From the IMG/VR virus record IMGVR_UViG_3300044878_000086, positions 1 to 44,661 of that record: DNA of 44,661 nucleotides. One strand, 5' to 3'. This document shows positions 36,064 through 43,986 of this stretch, one piece after another. This DNA is from a virus (lineage: Duplodnaviria; Caudoviricetes). A model generated the notes under the pieces. It did not search any database. It saw nothing but the letters and a program-made list of their open reading frames with translations, and was not told the DNA's origin. A program made the position numbers and the translations under genes. The number at the start of each line of letters is the position of its first letter. The stretch's first letter is position 1.

Positions 36064-36225
36064 GAATGTAAACGCAACCAGCGGGAAAGTACCATCGCTG
36101 AAATGAGCGATTACCGTTACCTCGGCGCCTTCTTTTAGGTCTGGATGCCATGGATCGCAAGAGCAAGCCGTGCCTCCGGCGAACTCACAAACCGTACCAA
36201 CAGGCGGAATGCCTTTACCATCCCA

Positions 36226-36462
36226 CTAAATCCGCGCTACGTTTTGCGATTCGTCGTTTTGTGGCGCTTGATTCGTACTCATCGACCTTTCCCCCTCCAT
36301 AACGATATCGGACATGCGGCCCGGGCGCTGGATCACTTTGTAGACTTCGGTGCCGCGCGGATCTGCTGCAAGCCCTTCGAGAACCTGAGCGACATATTTG
36401 CGCTGCAAGCTTACAGTTTCGCCGCGCTCGAGCATGGCGCGTATTTCAGTAATTGTTGCCAT
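36226..36462 (-). CDS. hypothetical protein
   Basis: ORF in leftward operon; its 3' end contains 36-bp IR copy 3. Confidence 0.5.
   Translation of the reverse strand: MATITEIRAMLERGETVSLQRKYVAQVLEGLAADPRGTEVYKVIQRPGRMSDIVMEGERSMSTNQAPQNDESQNVARI
36233..36268. repeat. 36-bp inverted repeat family, copy 3
   Basis: CGCGCTACG-N18-TGTGGCGCT. Confidence 0.75.
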
Positions 36463-36465
36463 CAC

Positions 36466-36684
36466 TCAATCCCCCGCCTTCGTGACTTTGCCGATATAGG
36501 CTGCCGCCCGAACTTCTGCGACCAGTTGTTCCTGCTTGTCGAACTTCGACTTCTTATAGTCGGGCGGCACCGAAATGCATTCGCCATCCGACAGGGTTAC
36601 GGTTACATGCTCGCTGTGCGGACGGATCGCGATTTTCGATATCTGGCTTGCGGCAACATACAGTTCATCAGTCAATTTGATCAT
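36466..36684 (-). CDS. hypothetical protein
   Basis: GAGGTG SD; MIKLTDELYV. Confidence 0.6.
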   Translation of the reverse strand: MIKLTDELYVAASQISKIAIRPHSEHVTVTLSDGECISVPPDYKKSKFDKQEQLVAEVRAAAYIGKVTKAGD

Positions 36685-36692
36685 TCTTCACC

Positions 36693-37079
36693 TCAAAATG
36701 GTATTTGGCAGTGGTGCTTGAAGATGCAGCCTGCCTCGCCGCAGTCGTCGCATGGCCAATCGGATGGCGCGACGTGCTTTTCTGGCTCGTGCGTCATGCT
36801 CATCCAGTCGGGTTTCTCGAAGGAGACTTCGGTTAGTTCCCAGGAGGGGCGGAAAAGAACATTCCCGCACTCGTCACTTTCGCCCTGGTCGTAGCAGGCG
36901 TAGTAGACGTATTCGCCGGGGCCGCTGCTGAATTCGTGCTCGCCCTTCAATTCCTCTTCAATCTCGGCCAAGGCATCCACGGTCACTTCGCCGTTTACGG
37001 CACAGATGAACGGCTCGTCGTCGTCGCCTGCGTTCCAAACCTTGACCACCAAATCCTTTCTGGCTCTGAAAAGACTCAT
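36693..37079 (-). CDS. acidic hypothetical protein with C-terminal Cys cluster
   Basis: 128-aa ORF starting 27 bp from the att-like core. Confidence 0.6.
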   Translation of the reverse strand: MSLFRARKDLVVKVWNAGDDDEPFICAVNGEVTVDALAEIEEELKGEHEFSSGPGEYVYYACYDQGESDECGNVLFRPSWELTEVSFEKPDWMSMTHEPEKHVAPSDWPCDDCGEAGCIFKHHCQIPF

Positions 37080-37105
37080 CCCATCACCCTCTCTGTTTTT
37101 TCCAT

Positions 37106-37181
37106 CCGGGGGATTTAAACCCCCGGTCGGTCGTTGTATTACGTGGCCTGTAGCGGTGTGGTAGCTGAAAAGCCGCTGAAA
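37106..37181. other. att-like recombination site: symmetric core plus arm-type repeats
   Basis: CCGGGGG-ATTTAAA-CCCCCGG (minus strand GGGGG-TTTAAAT-CCCCC, T-arm-like); GCTGAAA direct repeats at 37164 and 37175. Confidence 0.6.
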
Positions 37182-37224
37182 CCGATTTTATGCGTGACCA
37201 ATAGTCCCTTTCTAGTCACCCGTT

Positions 37225-37259
37225 TTGAATTCTCACATAATTCAGGATAAAATGTGAGA
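37225..37259 (+). promoter_or_regulatory. tnpB promoter with overlapping inverted repeat
   Basis: TTGAAT-17-TAAAAT; TCTCACAT/ATGTGAGA IR; ATG only 7 nt after the -10. Confidence 0.7.
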
Positions 37260-37260
37260 C

Positions 37261-38409
37261 ATGAAAACTCATCGCACCTACAAATACCGTTTTTATCCTA
37301 CGCAAGAGCAAGTTCAGCTCTTGGCGCAGACGTTCGGTTGCGTGCGTTTTGTCTATAACTCTGTTCTTCGCTGGAGAATCGATGCGTTCTACCAGGAGCA
37401 GGTTAAGGTAGGTTACGTCGCGGCAAGCGCTAGGCTCACCGCGATAAAGAAAGACCCGGAACTGGCATTTCTTAACGACGTGTCTTCCGTTCCTTTGCAG
37501 CAATCTCTTCGGCACCAGCAGACCGCCTTCAAGAACTTCTTTGAGGGGCGATCGGCCTATCCGGCATTCAAGAAAAAAAACGGCAGTCAATCAGCCGAAT
37601 TCACTCGCTCCGGATTCCAGTACCGGGACGGCCAGCTGTATCTGGCAAAGAGCAAATCACCACTTCCGATCCGCTGGAGTCGTGAGCTTCCCAGCGATCC
37701 ATCCACTGTAACCATTTCTAAGGACTTCGCCGGACGCTACTTTGTGATGTGCCGGTGCGAGTTTGAGGCCGAGGCGCTACCCGTCACGCCGAAAATGGTG
37801 GGCATCGACCTTGGGTTGAAAGACCTTTTCGTCACTGATCAGGGCGAGAGAATCAGAAATCCTCGTCATACTGCTAAATACGCCGAAAGACTGGCCTTGT
37901 TGCAGCGCCGCCTGAGCAAGAAAAAGCTCGGATCGGCTAACCGCGCCAAGGCAAAACTCAAGGTCGCGCGCATTCACGCGAAAATCTCCGATTGCCGATC
38001 TGACGGCTTACACAAGCTGTCTCGCAGACTGATTAACGATAACCAAGTTGTCTGCGTCGAATCGCTGAAAGTGAAGCACATGGTCCGCAACCCAAAACTG
38101 AGCAAGTCAATTTCCGATGCTGGTTGGGGCGAATTTGTGCGCCTGCTTGGGTATAAGGGCGAATGGGCTGGCCGGAAAATTGTAAGCATCGATCAATGGT
38201 TCCCCAGCTCTAAACGATGCTCATGCTGTGGGTACACCCTCAAAACCCTTCCGCTGCAAGTTCGTTATTGGACCTGCTCCGAGTGCAATACGGAGCATGA
38301 TCGTGACGTAAACGCGGCGATCAATATAAAAGCCGCCGGGCTGGCGGTGTTAGCCCTTGGAGAGCGTGTTAGCCCTGTGTCGTCAGTCGACACAGGCATT
38401 GCTCCGTGA
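37261..38409 (+). CDS. tnpB: RNA-guided endonuclease TnpB (IS200/IS605 family)
   Basis: YKYRFYPT, GCVRFVYN, RuvC GIDLG / VESL / DRDVNAAINI intact, CxxC..CxxC zinc finger. Confidence 0.95.
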   Translation: MKTHRTYKYRFYPTQEQVQLLAQTFGCVRFVYNSVLRWRIDAFYQEQVKVGYVAASARLTAIKKDPELAFLNDVSSVPLQQSLRHQQTAFKNFFEGRSAYPAFKKKNGSQSAEFTRSGFQYRDGQLYLAKSKSPLPIRWSRELPSDPSTVTISKDFAGRYFVMCRCEFEAEALPVTPKMVGIDLGLKDLFVTDQGERIRNPRHTAKYAERLALLQRRLSKKKLGSANRAKAKLKVARIHAKISDCRSDGLHKLSRRLINDNQVVCVESLKVKHMVRNPKLSKSISDAGWGEFVRLLGYKGEWAGRKIVSIDQWFPSSKRCSCCGYTLKTLPLQVRYWTCSECNTEHDRDVNAAINIKAAGLAVLALGERVSPVSSVDTGIAP

Positions 38410-38465
38410 ATTGGGAATCCCTTCCTTTGGGCGGGGAGCTGTCAACACTCACCCCTTCGTTTCAA
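38330..38465 (+). ncRNA. TnpB omega/reRNA scaffold ending at the IS right end (TCAA, 38445) plus ~20-nt guide
   Basis: Hairpin CCTGTGTCG/CGACACAGG; GGAATCCCTTCCTTTGGGCGGGGAG..TCAA right end; 5' boundary approximate. Confidence 0.7.
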
Positions 38466-39627
38466 TGGCGATTTGCACCGATTTTTCAGACCGTCCAAAC
38501 ATCGCCGCCGCCTTATCCCCCGACGAGTCGCCATCGGTTGGAATCCAGCGCCCGTATACCCGAGCAATCATTAACCATGAAGCGTGCCCCATCTGCTTGG
38601 CTACCCACATCGGATGCTCGCCAGCTGACAGCATCATCGACGCATACGTGTGCCGGGTCTGGTACGGGTTCCGGTAGCGCACGCCTGCCCGGCGGATGGT
38701 TGGCGTCCAGAATGACTTGCGCAGCTCCTGGTCGCCGTTGAATGCTCGGTTGTGCCTCGGGTCGTGGAAAACGGCTTTCCCCTCGATGTAGGTGTGCTCG
38801 CGCTGGGCCTTCAGCGCCTCGAACGACATGGGCAGCAGGCGCACACTACGCACCCCAGCCGCTGTCTTCGGCGTCTCTGCTTCGCTGGCCGCTGCCGTCA
38901 GCCCCCGCGACACCCTCACTTCCCCGCGATGCCAATCAATGTCGCCCCACTCCAGCGCGACCAGCTCGCTCGTCCTGAGCCCAGTCCAGAAGGCGAACTG
39001 CAACAGGTTCCGATACTGACCCGTCGCCGCCGCCAGAATGGCCCGCTGCTCGTCCGGCGAGAAAGGATCGATCTCGTCCTCGGTGCGCGGCTTTCCCTTC
39101 ACTGAATACGTCCAGCCGGCCAATGGGTTCGATTCGATCAGCTCGTCGTCCACGGCATCGCTCAGGGCCGAGCGCAGGCAGCTTTGCACGTTGGCCAGTC
39201 GCTTGTTGGTCGCCGACATTCCGGCCATGGCTGCCTTGACCTCTTTGCGTGTGACCGATGCCAGCGCCAGGCTGCCAAGCGCCGGGGCCAGCACCCCCGC
39301 AACGATCTTGCGGTAGCCGTCCAGCGTGGACGCCTTCAAAATGCCAGCCTTGCGCTCAAGCCATTCGTCCAGGTACTGGCCCAGCGGCACCTGTCCGGAC
39401 TGGCCGACAGCCGACGCCGCCCGCTTCGACCGGGGAAACGCCTCGGCATAGTCAAACTCGCCCCGGTGAATCGCCAGATCAATCGACGCCTTCTGCTGCT
39501 GCGCCCGCTTTAGGTTGGCCGGCGTAGGCTCCAGCGGCAAGCGCTCCCGGCACTGCTTGCCCTCGACCATAAAGCTGATCTCGATACTGCTTTTCGATGC
39601 CGCACGCACCCCGCGCTTCGCAGCCAT
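38449..39627 (-). CDS. int: tyrosine integrase with N-terminal arm-binding domain (DUF3596-like)
   Basis: TGLRTSEL, TPKT, PYQTRHTYAS, QMGH, VYG catalytic motifs; SIEISF..RERL..PTPANLK N-terminus. Confidence 0.95.
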   Translation of the reverse strand: MAAKRGVRAASKSSIEISFMVEGKQCRERLPLEPTPANLKRAQQQKASIDLAIHRGEFDYAEAFPRSKRAASAVGQSGQVPLGQYLDEWLERKAGILKASTLDGYRKIVAGVLAPALGSLALASVTRKEVKAAMAGMSATNKRLANVQSCLRSALSDAVDDELIESNPLAGWTYSVKGKPRTEDEIDPFSPDEQRAILAAATGQYRNLLQFAFWTGLRTSELVALEWGDIDWHRGEVRVSRGLTAAASEAETPKTAAGVRSVRLLPMSFEALKAQREHTYIEGKAVFHDPRHNRAFNGDQELRKSFWTPTIRRAGVRYRNPYQTRHTYASMMLSAGEHPMWVAKQMGHASWLMIARVYGRWIPTDGDSSGDKAAAMFGRSEKSVQIAIETKG

Positions 39628-39682
39628 ACGCCACCCCTGACGGTTAGTTGTTTGGTCGACAGTTTAGACCGGTGCCGCCGGT

Positions 39683-40423
39683 TTAATCCCAATCGAAAGT
39701 GAGTGGTTGTCGTGCCGCCGGCAGGGTTTCGAGTGTGGACAGGTTCAACAAGGTGAAATGCCCGCGATCCGGCATCCAGCCACCGGTGTCGATGTGATGC
39801 ACGTTGCCCAGCACCATTGGCATCGCCAGCGGGGTGTGCCCGACCACTACGGCACGCACGCCGGCCACCGGTGTCATGTCCCGGTTTTCGACCCGTGAGC
39901 GCGACCACATGCAGGTGTTTTGCACCAGACGCAGCCGCTTGTTACTTTCCGGGTTCTCGAGTTCTTCCTTCATTGCATCCCAGTCGCTGAACACGCAGTC
40001 AGCATGTACGATCCCGACAAGTCCGCCCGGCGTCTCGACCTCGATGGCGATCGGAAGCTCGTTGAACTGCACCTGAAACTCTCGCTGCTCATCGAAGTTC
40101 ATGCCGGCAAACCACGACCCGCCGTTGTAGACCCAGTTGTCCACGTCGCAGGTATCGAAGCGGACGACGTAATCGTCATGATTGCCGCGCACCGGGTGAA
40201 ACCACGGCCTATTCAGCCAGTCGAGCACGTCACGGCACTCAGGCCCGCGGTCGACCAGATCGCCGACGCTGAACAGGCGGTCAACGGCAGGATCGAAGCC
40301 TGCAACATCAAGCGTGGCCTGTAGTCGGGTGAAGTGGCCGTGAATGTCACCTACGGCAAAATCCCGCCCAGCAGTGTTTGCGGCGAAGCGCTTCACGCGC
40401 GACACCTCGATATTCTCGATCAT
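39683..40423 (-). CDS. NinI-like serine/threonine protein phosphatase
   Basis: GDIHG, VGDLVDRGP, RGNHD, GHTP, IDTG. Confidence 0.92.
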   Translation of the reverse strand: MIENIEVSRVKRFAANTAGRDFAVGDIHGHFTRLQATLDVAGFDPAVDRLFSVGDLVDRGPECRDVLDWLNRPWFHPVRGNHDDYVVRFDTCDVDNWVYNGGSWFAGMNFDEQREFQVQFNELPIAIEVETPGGLVGIVHADCVFSDWDAMKEELENPESNKRLRLVQNTCMWSRSRVENRDMTPVAGVRAVVVGHTPLAMPMVLGNVHHIDTGGWMPDRGHFTLLNLSTLETLPAARQPLTFDWD

Positions 40424-40473
40424 GGGGAGTCCTCCGCCCGCCGGGTGCGACGGGCGTGTGAGTTTGGTAGGGG

Positions 40474-40674
40474 TTAGGCTTCGGTGATCGGAGCGGGAAT
40501 GGCCTGGGCCTTCCAGTCAGGGTCGAGCGTCCAGGCTTTGCAGGGTGGCTCGGTCTTGCTCTTGTACCCGCCCAGCCAGTAATAGCCGCTGTGCTTCGAG
40601 GTGCCGCAGACCCGGCAGGAGTGAAAGCGACCAAAGCCGCCTCCAGAGTACGGGTCGTAGATGTGATCGCTCAT
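40474..40674 (-). CDS. small Cys-containing hypothetical protein
   Basis: HSCRVCG..EPPC; ATGA-coupled. Confidence 0.55.
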   Translation of the reverse strand: MSDHIYDPYSGGGFGRFHSCRVCGTSKHSGYYWLGGYKSKTEPPCKAWTLDPDWKAQAIPAPITEA

Positions 40675-40856
40675 ATCAGGCCTCCGCAGTCTTCGAGCAG
40701 GTCGTCATGGTCCCGCTTCAGCCGGTCGCGCTCACTGGTCAGCGCCTCAACCTTGCGATGGATGTACCGGGCGATTGTCTCGCCTGGGCGCATGTCGGCG
40801 GCTGGTGTGCCTCGCAGGACGGCTTCCCATTCGTGGACGGTCAGTTGTTCGGTCAT
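40671..40856 (-). CDS. hypothetical protein
   Basis: ATGA-coupled ORF. Confidence 0.55.
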   Translation of the reverse strand: MTEQLTVHEWEAVLRGTPAADMRPGETIARYIHRKVEALTSERDRLKRDHDDLLEDCGGLI

Positions 40857-41314
40857 GGCGTCACCTCGCGATTGCCGAAGCGCTCCAGCAGTTCCAGCTC
40901 AAGCTGATCAGCAAGGCTGTCGTAGTCGCTGAGGCGAACAGTCCTCATGCGCTTATTGATGTCATCGAAGCCGCTCGGCACGCCGCGTTCGGCCCACCAG
41001 TTGCGAGCAAAGCGGAAAACATCCGTTGCCGCATCGGTCATGAACTCGTAGGAATTGCTCTGGCCGTCGCGCCACTTCAGGCCGTGGCTGCCAATCAAGG
41101 CTTTCAGGCGTCGTGCGAGCTGACCATTGCTCAGTGGGAGGCCAAGATTTCCCCGGCTGATCATGCTCTGGTATTGGGCGAAGTGGCGGTCTTGCTCGCT
41201 ATCGTTTTTGAGACCCTTGCCGCCGCCGATGTAGTTGTCGATCACGCCTTTGGCGGTTCGCTTGATCTGAGCCAGCCAGATCGCCTTGAGGATTTCTGCG
41301 TCGGTTACTTTCAT
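40853..41314 (-). CDS. hypothetical protein
   Basis: MKVTDAEILKAIW start overlaps the stop of the HNH gene. Confidence 0.6.
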   Translation of the reverse strand: MKVTDAEILKAIWLAQIKRTAKGVIDNYIGGGKGLKNDSEQDRHFAQYQSMISRGNLGLPLSNGQLARRLKALIGSHGLKWRDGQSNSYEFMTDAATDVFRFARNWWAERGVPSGFDDINKRMRTVRLSDYDSLADQLELELLERFGNREVTP

Positions 41315-41670
41315 GGCTTCACCTTCTCGAAGTGGAAGATCACCGCAGCACCGGTTTCGGCGACCAGGCCGTAAGCCTTGGCGATCCTGTAGATTGGCGT
41401 GTAGCTGTTCAGGCTGTTGATATGGCCTGCCAGCCACTGTCGCCAGCCTTCCAGCGTCTGCCGACCCTTGCTGATATTGCAGGGCGCGCACGCGGGCATC
41501 ATGTTGCCGATGTCGTGGTTTTCTGGATGGTCGGCCTCTTTCCCTTCCTGTCGAATCACCGGCTCCAGATGATCCGCGTGCCAACGATCCCCAAGAATCA
41601 CACCGCAATAGGCGCAGCAGCCTTCGTACTTCAGTCGAACCTGTTCGCGCTCAGCCTTCTTCAGTCTCAT
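41311..41670 (-). CDS. HNH endonuclease
   Basis: CAYCG..WHADHLEP..NMMPACAPCNISK. Confidence 0.88.
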   Translation of the reverse strand: MRLKKAEREQVRLKYEGCCAYCGVILGDRWHADHLEPVIRQEGKEADHPENHDIGNMMPACAPCNISKGRQTLEGWRQWLAGHINSLNSYTPIYRIAKAYGLVAETGAAVIFHFEKVKP

Positions 41671-41838
41671 GCCTTCACACTCCAAACGCTGCCGTCTACC
41701 AGGTCACCGCGGCGAACAAACTTCGCCCCGCCCGTCAGATGATGCAGGATCGCGAACTCGGCAGAAGTGCGAGCCAGCGAGTAGGTGCGCCCGGTCGGGC
41801 GGTGGGTGTAGATCGTTTCCATGCGGGTTACTCCTGGG

Positions 41839-42231
41839 TCACTGGCTGAGGATGTCGAGCTGGGCTTTGGCGCATTCGTCCGGGCCGTGCGGCAGGCGGG
41901 TTGGCTCGATTACTTGGTACTCACCGTCATCACTGTGATGACCGGATTCACGTCTAGACTCGTTGTCGAACCTGTCGCGCCACGTTTCTGTAACTTCGAA
42001 ATTGTGGCGCGGCGGCTTCAGGAACTCGACCAGGTCGGCGTCAGTCATGGCGTCCATCTTCATGATGGCCAGCTGCAGAACCTCGCTGATTTCTTCGGTG
42101 CCTGATCGCGTTCGGATTCGGTCCATCGCCTGATGAATGCCGGGTCGGACCTTGTGTCGCAATTCACGCTCTCCGACCTTTTCCCGCTTCTCTGCGGCCT
42201 TCGCTGACCGCTGCTGCGTATTCTTCGCCAT
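41839..42231 (-). CDS. hypothetical protein carrying a 9-bp array and a 36-bp IR in its coding sequence
   Basis: MAKNTQQRS..ELRH..SEVLQL..FLKPPRH. Confidence 0.65.
   Translation of the reverse strand: MAKNTQQRSAKAAEKREKVGERELRHKVRPGIHQAMDRIRTRSGTEEISEVLQLAIMKMDAMTDADLVEFLKPPRHNFEVTETWRDRFDNESRRESGHHSDDGEYQVIEPTRLPHGPDECAKAQLDILSQ
41917..41952. repeat. 9-bp-period array inside a CDS (parS-like)
   Basis: GTACTCACC GTCATCACT GTGATGACC GGATTCACG. Confidence 0.6.
41976..42011. repeat. 36-bp inverted repeat family, copy 4
   Basis: CGCGCCACG-N18-TGTGGCGCG. Confidence 0.78.
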
Positions 42232-42232
42232 G

Positions 42233-42691
42233 TTATGCCGCCTTCCTTTGGTTCCATGCCCCGGCGGCCTCGAACAGCTGAGCCGCCTGCTTTTCTTCCA
42301 GTGATGTTTCGTAGGGAATCGCAATCCAGCCGCTCGCGGCCAGGTGCTGGGCGTTGCAGGAGTCGCGCAGCTCGATATAGAAGTGCTCGATCACGTCCGA
42401 TATGTTGGCCGCCAGATGCACGCCTACTGGCGAGACCTCTACTGACTTGCAGTATTCTGCGCCAGCCTGGTCGATACACATGCAACTGATATAAATCGTC
42501 CATCGGTGCGCTATTTCAAAGATGGCACTACCGATTTTATGGCTGACAATTCGCCGGGAGTTGACCGAGTTGAACAGCGACTGCTTGCCGCTCGGGTCGA
42601 TGTTCACGATGCAAGTGTGATTGGTCCGGAGCAGTGCCCGGCAGGAACGCTCGACCCGGGCCCGCATGTTGTTCGGCTTGCGCTTTTTCAT
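42233..42691 (-). CDS. hypothetical protein
   Basis: MKKRKPNNMRAR..ASGWIAIP..FEAAGAW. Confidence 0.65.
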   Translation of the reverse strand: MKKRKPNNMRARVERSCRALLRTNHTCIVNIDPSGKQSLFNSVNSRRIVSHKIGSAIFEIAHRWTIYISCMCIDQAGAEYCKSVEVSPVGVHLAANISDVIEHFYIELRDSCNAQHLAASGWIAIPYETSLEEKQAAQLFEAAGAWNQRKAA

Positions 42692-42763
42692 TCGATAACC
42701 CGCTCGCTGGCAGTTGGTGCTGGGCAAGGCGCGCACGCTGGCGCGCCCCTGATCGGAGTCGCA

Positions 42764-43258
42764 TTACTTGCGCGTCCCTTTGAATCGAATCTGGTAGGTG
42801 TCGACCAGTCGCGTCATCTTGTGCCAGCCGATTTTCAGGTGGGCGCCGGCTTGGCGCTTCGATACCCCGATCTCAGCCATCGCGCGAAGCCGCTCGACCA
42901 GCTTCGCGTCATCTTCCGGGTCGATGATGTAGACGCCCTTCTTCCCCGAGGCGCGCCCGGCGCCTGACTTGAGGTTGATCCCGAACTGCTTGCAGATCTT
43001 CGTCACGCGGTCTTGAGAAATGCCAAGGTGCTTGGCCAGGTCCAACTTGATCATCGTCACGCTCAGCGTTCGGATCTGATCGGCCATCTGTCGCAGCTCG
43101 ATCTCTTCCTGCGTCAGCTGAGGCTCGATGCGCGGTGGGAGCGGTTTGAATTCGAAGGTTTGCAGTACGTCGATCTTGCCGCCCGAGCGTAGGAACGCCT
43201 CTTGTGCAGCGGCCAGTGAGGATCGGTCCATCAATCGAAGGTCGTTGTATTGGTTCAT
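42764..43258 (-). CDS. HTH-containing hypothetical protein
   Basis: FLRSGGKI motif; two HTH-like segments. Confidence 0.65.
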   Translation of the reverse strand: MNQYNDLRLMDRSSLAAAQEAFLRSGGKIDVLQTFEFKPLPPRIEPQLTQEEIELRQMADQIRTLSVTMIKLDLAKHLGISQDRVTKICKQFGINLKSGAGRASGKKGVYIIDPEDDAKLVERLRAMAEIGVSKRQAGAHLKIGWHKMTRLVDTYQIRFKGTRK

Positions 43259-43267
43259 TTGGCACCC

Positions 43268-43297
43268 AAAAGAAAGGGCGCTCAATTGGCGCCCTTT
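43268..43297 (-). terminator. intrinsic terminator
   Basis: AAAGGGCGC/GCGCCCTTT stem with U-rich tail on the minus strand. Confidence 0.6.
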
Positions 43298-43314
43298 GTC
43301 GGTTACTTGGTCGG

Positions 43315-43986
43315 TTATTTGGTCAGCGCCTTGCGCAGGTACGGGTCAACGTCGGGTTGGCCGAGCAACCATCGTTTGTAGTCGGCCGGGATGTCGGCGA
43401 TTTTCGATCCATTGTGTTTGCCGAAACGGATCACGGTCGGGATGCGCGCCTCTTCGGAGATCTCCCAAAGCTGCTCGAAGCTTGACACCGCCACCCCGTT
43501 ACGCAGGTTCAGCTCCATCAGAATGCTGATCAGCAGCCGGCGGCAGTTGTGAACGTCGTCGAGTGCGGCGTGAGCGTTCTGCAGCAGTTCGCGAGCCTGG
43601 GCCCGGTAGTGCAGGTAGATCATCGCCGACTGGCTGTGCGAGTCAGCATCCGGCCAGAGCATGCGGCTCAGCGCCTGGGTGCAGATCCGCTTCACATCCG
43701 GCTGACCGATCACGCCCCAGTCATAGTCGACGTTGTGGCCGATGATGTAGGTGGTGCCGGCAGGCAGCGCGAAGTCGGTGTGCGTCGGGCAATCGACCAG
43801 TTCTTCGTCGAGAATATGGCTGGTTGCCAGCGCGCCCAGCTCGATCGGCTTCGACGGCTTGTAGCGCTGCAGGAATTCTTCGACGACTTGCAGGGTCTGG
43901 ATGTCGGCGAGTTTGAGATAGGCGCCTTCGACCATCTGTGGGTCTTTCAGGCCGGTAGTCTCACTGTCAAAAATTATTGCATTCAT
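43315..43986 (-). CDS. DEDDh 3'-5' exonuclease (ExoX-like)
   Basis: FDSETTG, GHNVDYD, AHAALDD; FGKH.G..IP.DY..WL tail. Confidence 0.88.
   Translation of the reverse strand: MNAIIFDSETTGLKDPQMVEGAYLKLADIQTLQVVEEFLQRYKPSKPIELGALATSHILDEELVDCPTHTDFALPAGTTYIIGHNVDYDWGVIGQPDVKRICTQALSRMLWPDADSHSQSAMIYLHYRAQARELLQNAHAALDDVHNCRRLLISILMELNLRNGVAVSSFEQLWEISEEARIPTVIRFGKHNGSKIADIPADYKRWLLGQPDVDPYLRKALTK

Larger units (their letters stand above)
37225..38445 (+). mobile_element. TnpB-only IS200/IS605 derivative (no tnpA, no recognisable left end)
   Basis: Right end clear; upstream only a promoter, no second subterminal hairpin. Confidence 0.65.

Noticed and set aside
36145-36894. 249-aa plus-strand ORF
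   Set aside because: Antisense to three coupled minus-strand genes with good SDs; composition is not protein-like
37106-37126. Hairpin considered as the IS200/IS605 left end
   Set aside because: No similarity to the right-end hairpin; the 7-7-7 T-arm geometry and adjacent arm repeats fit an integrase core better
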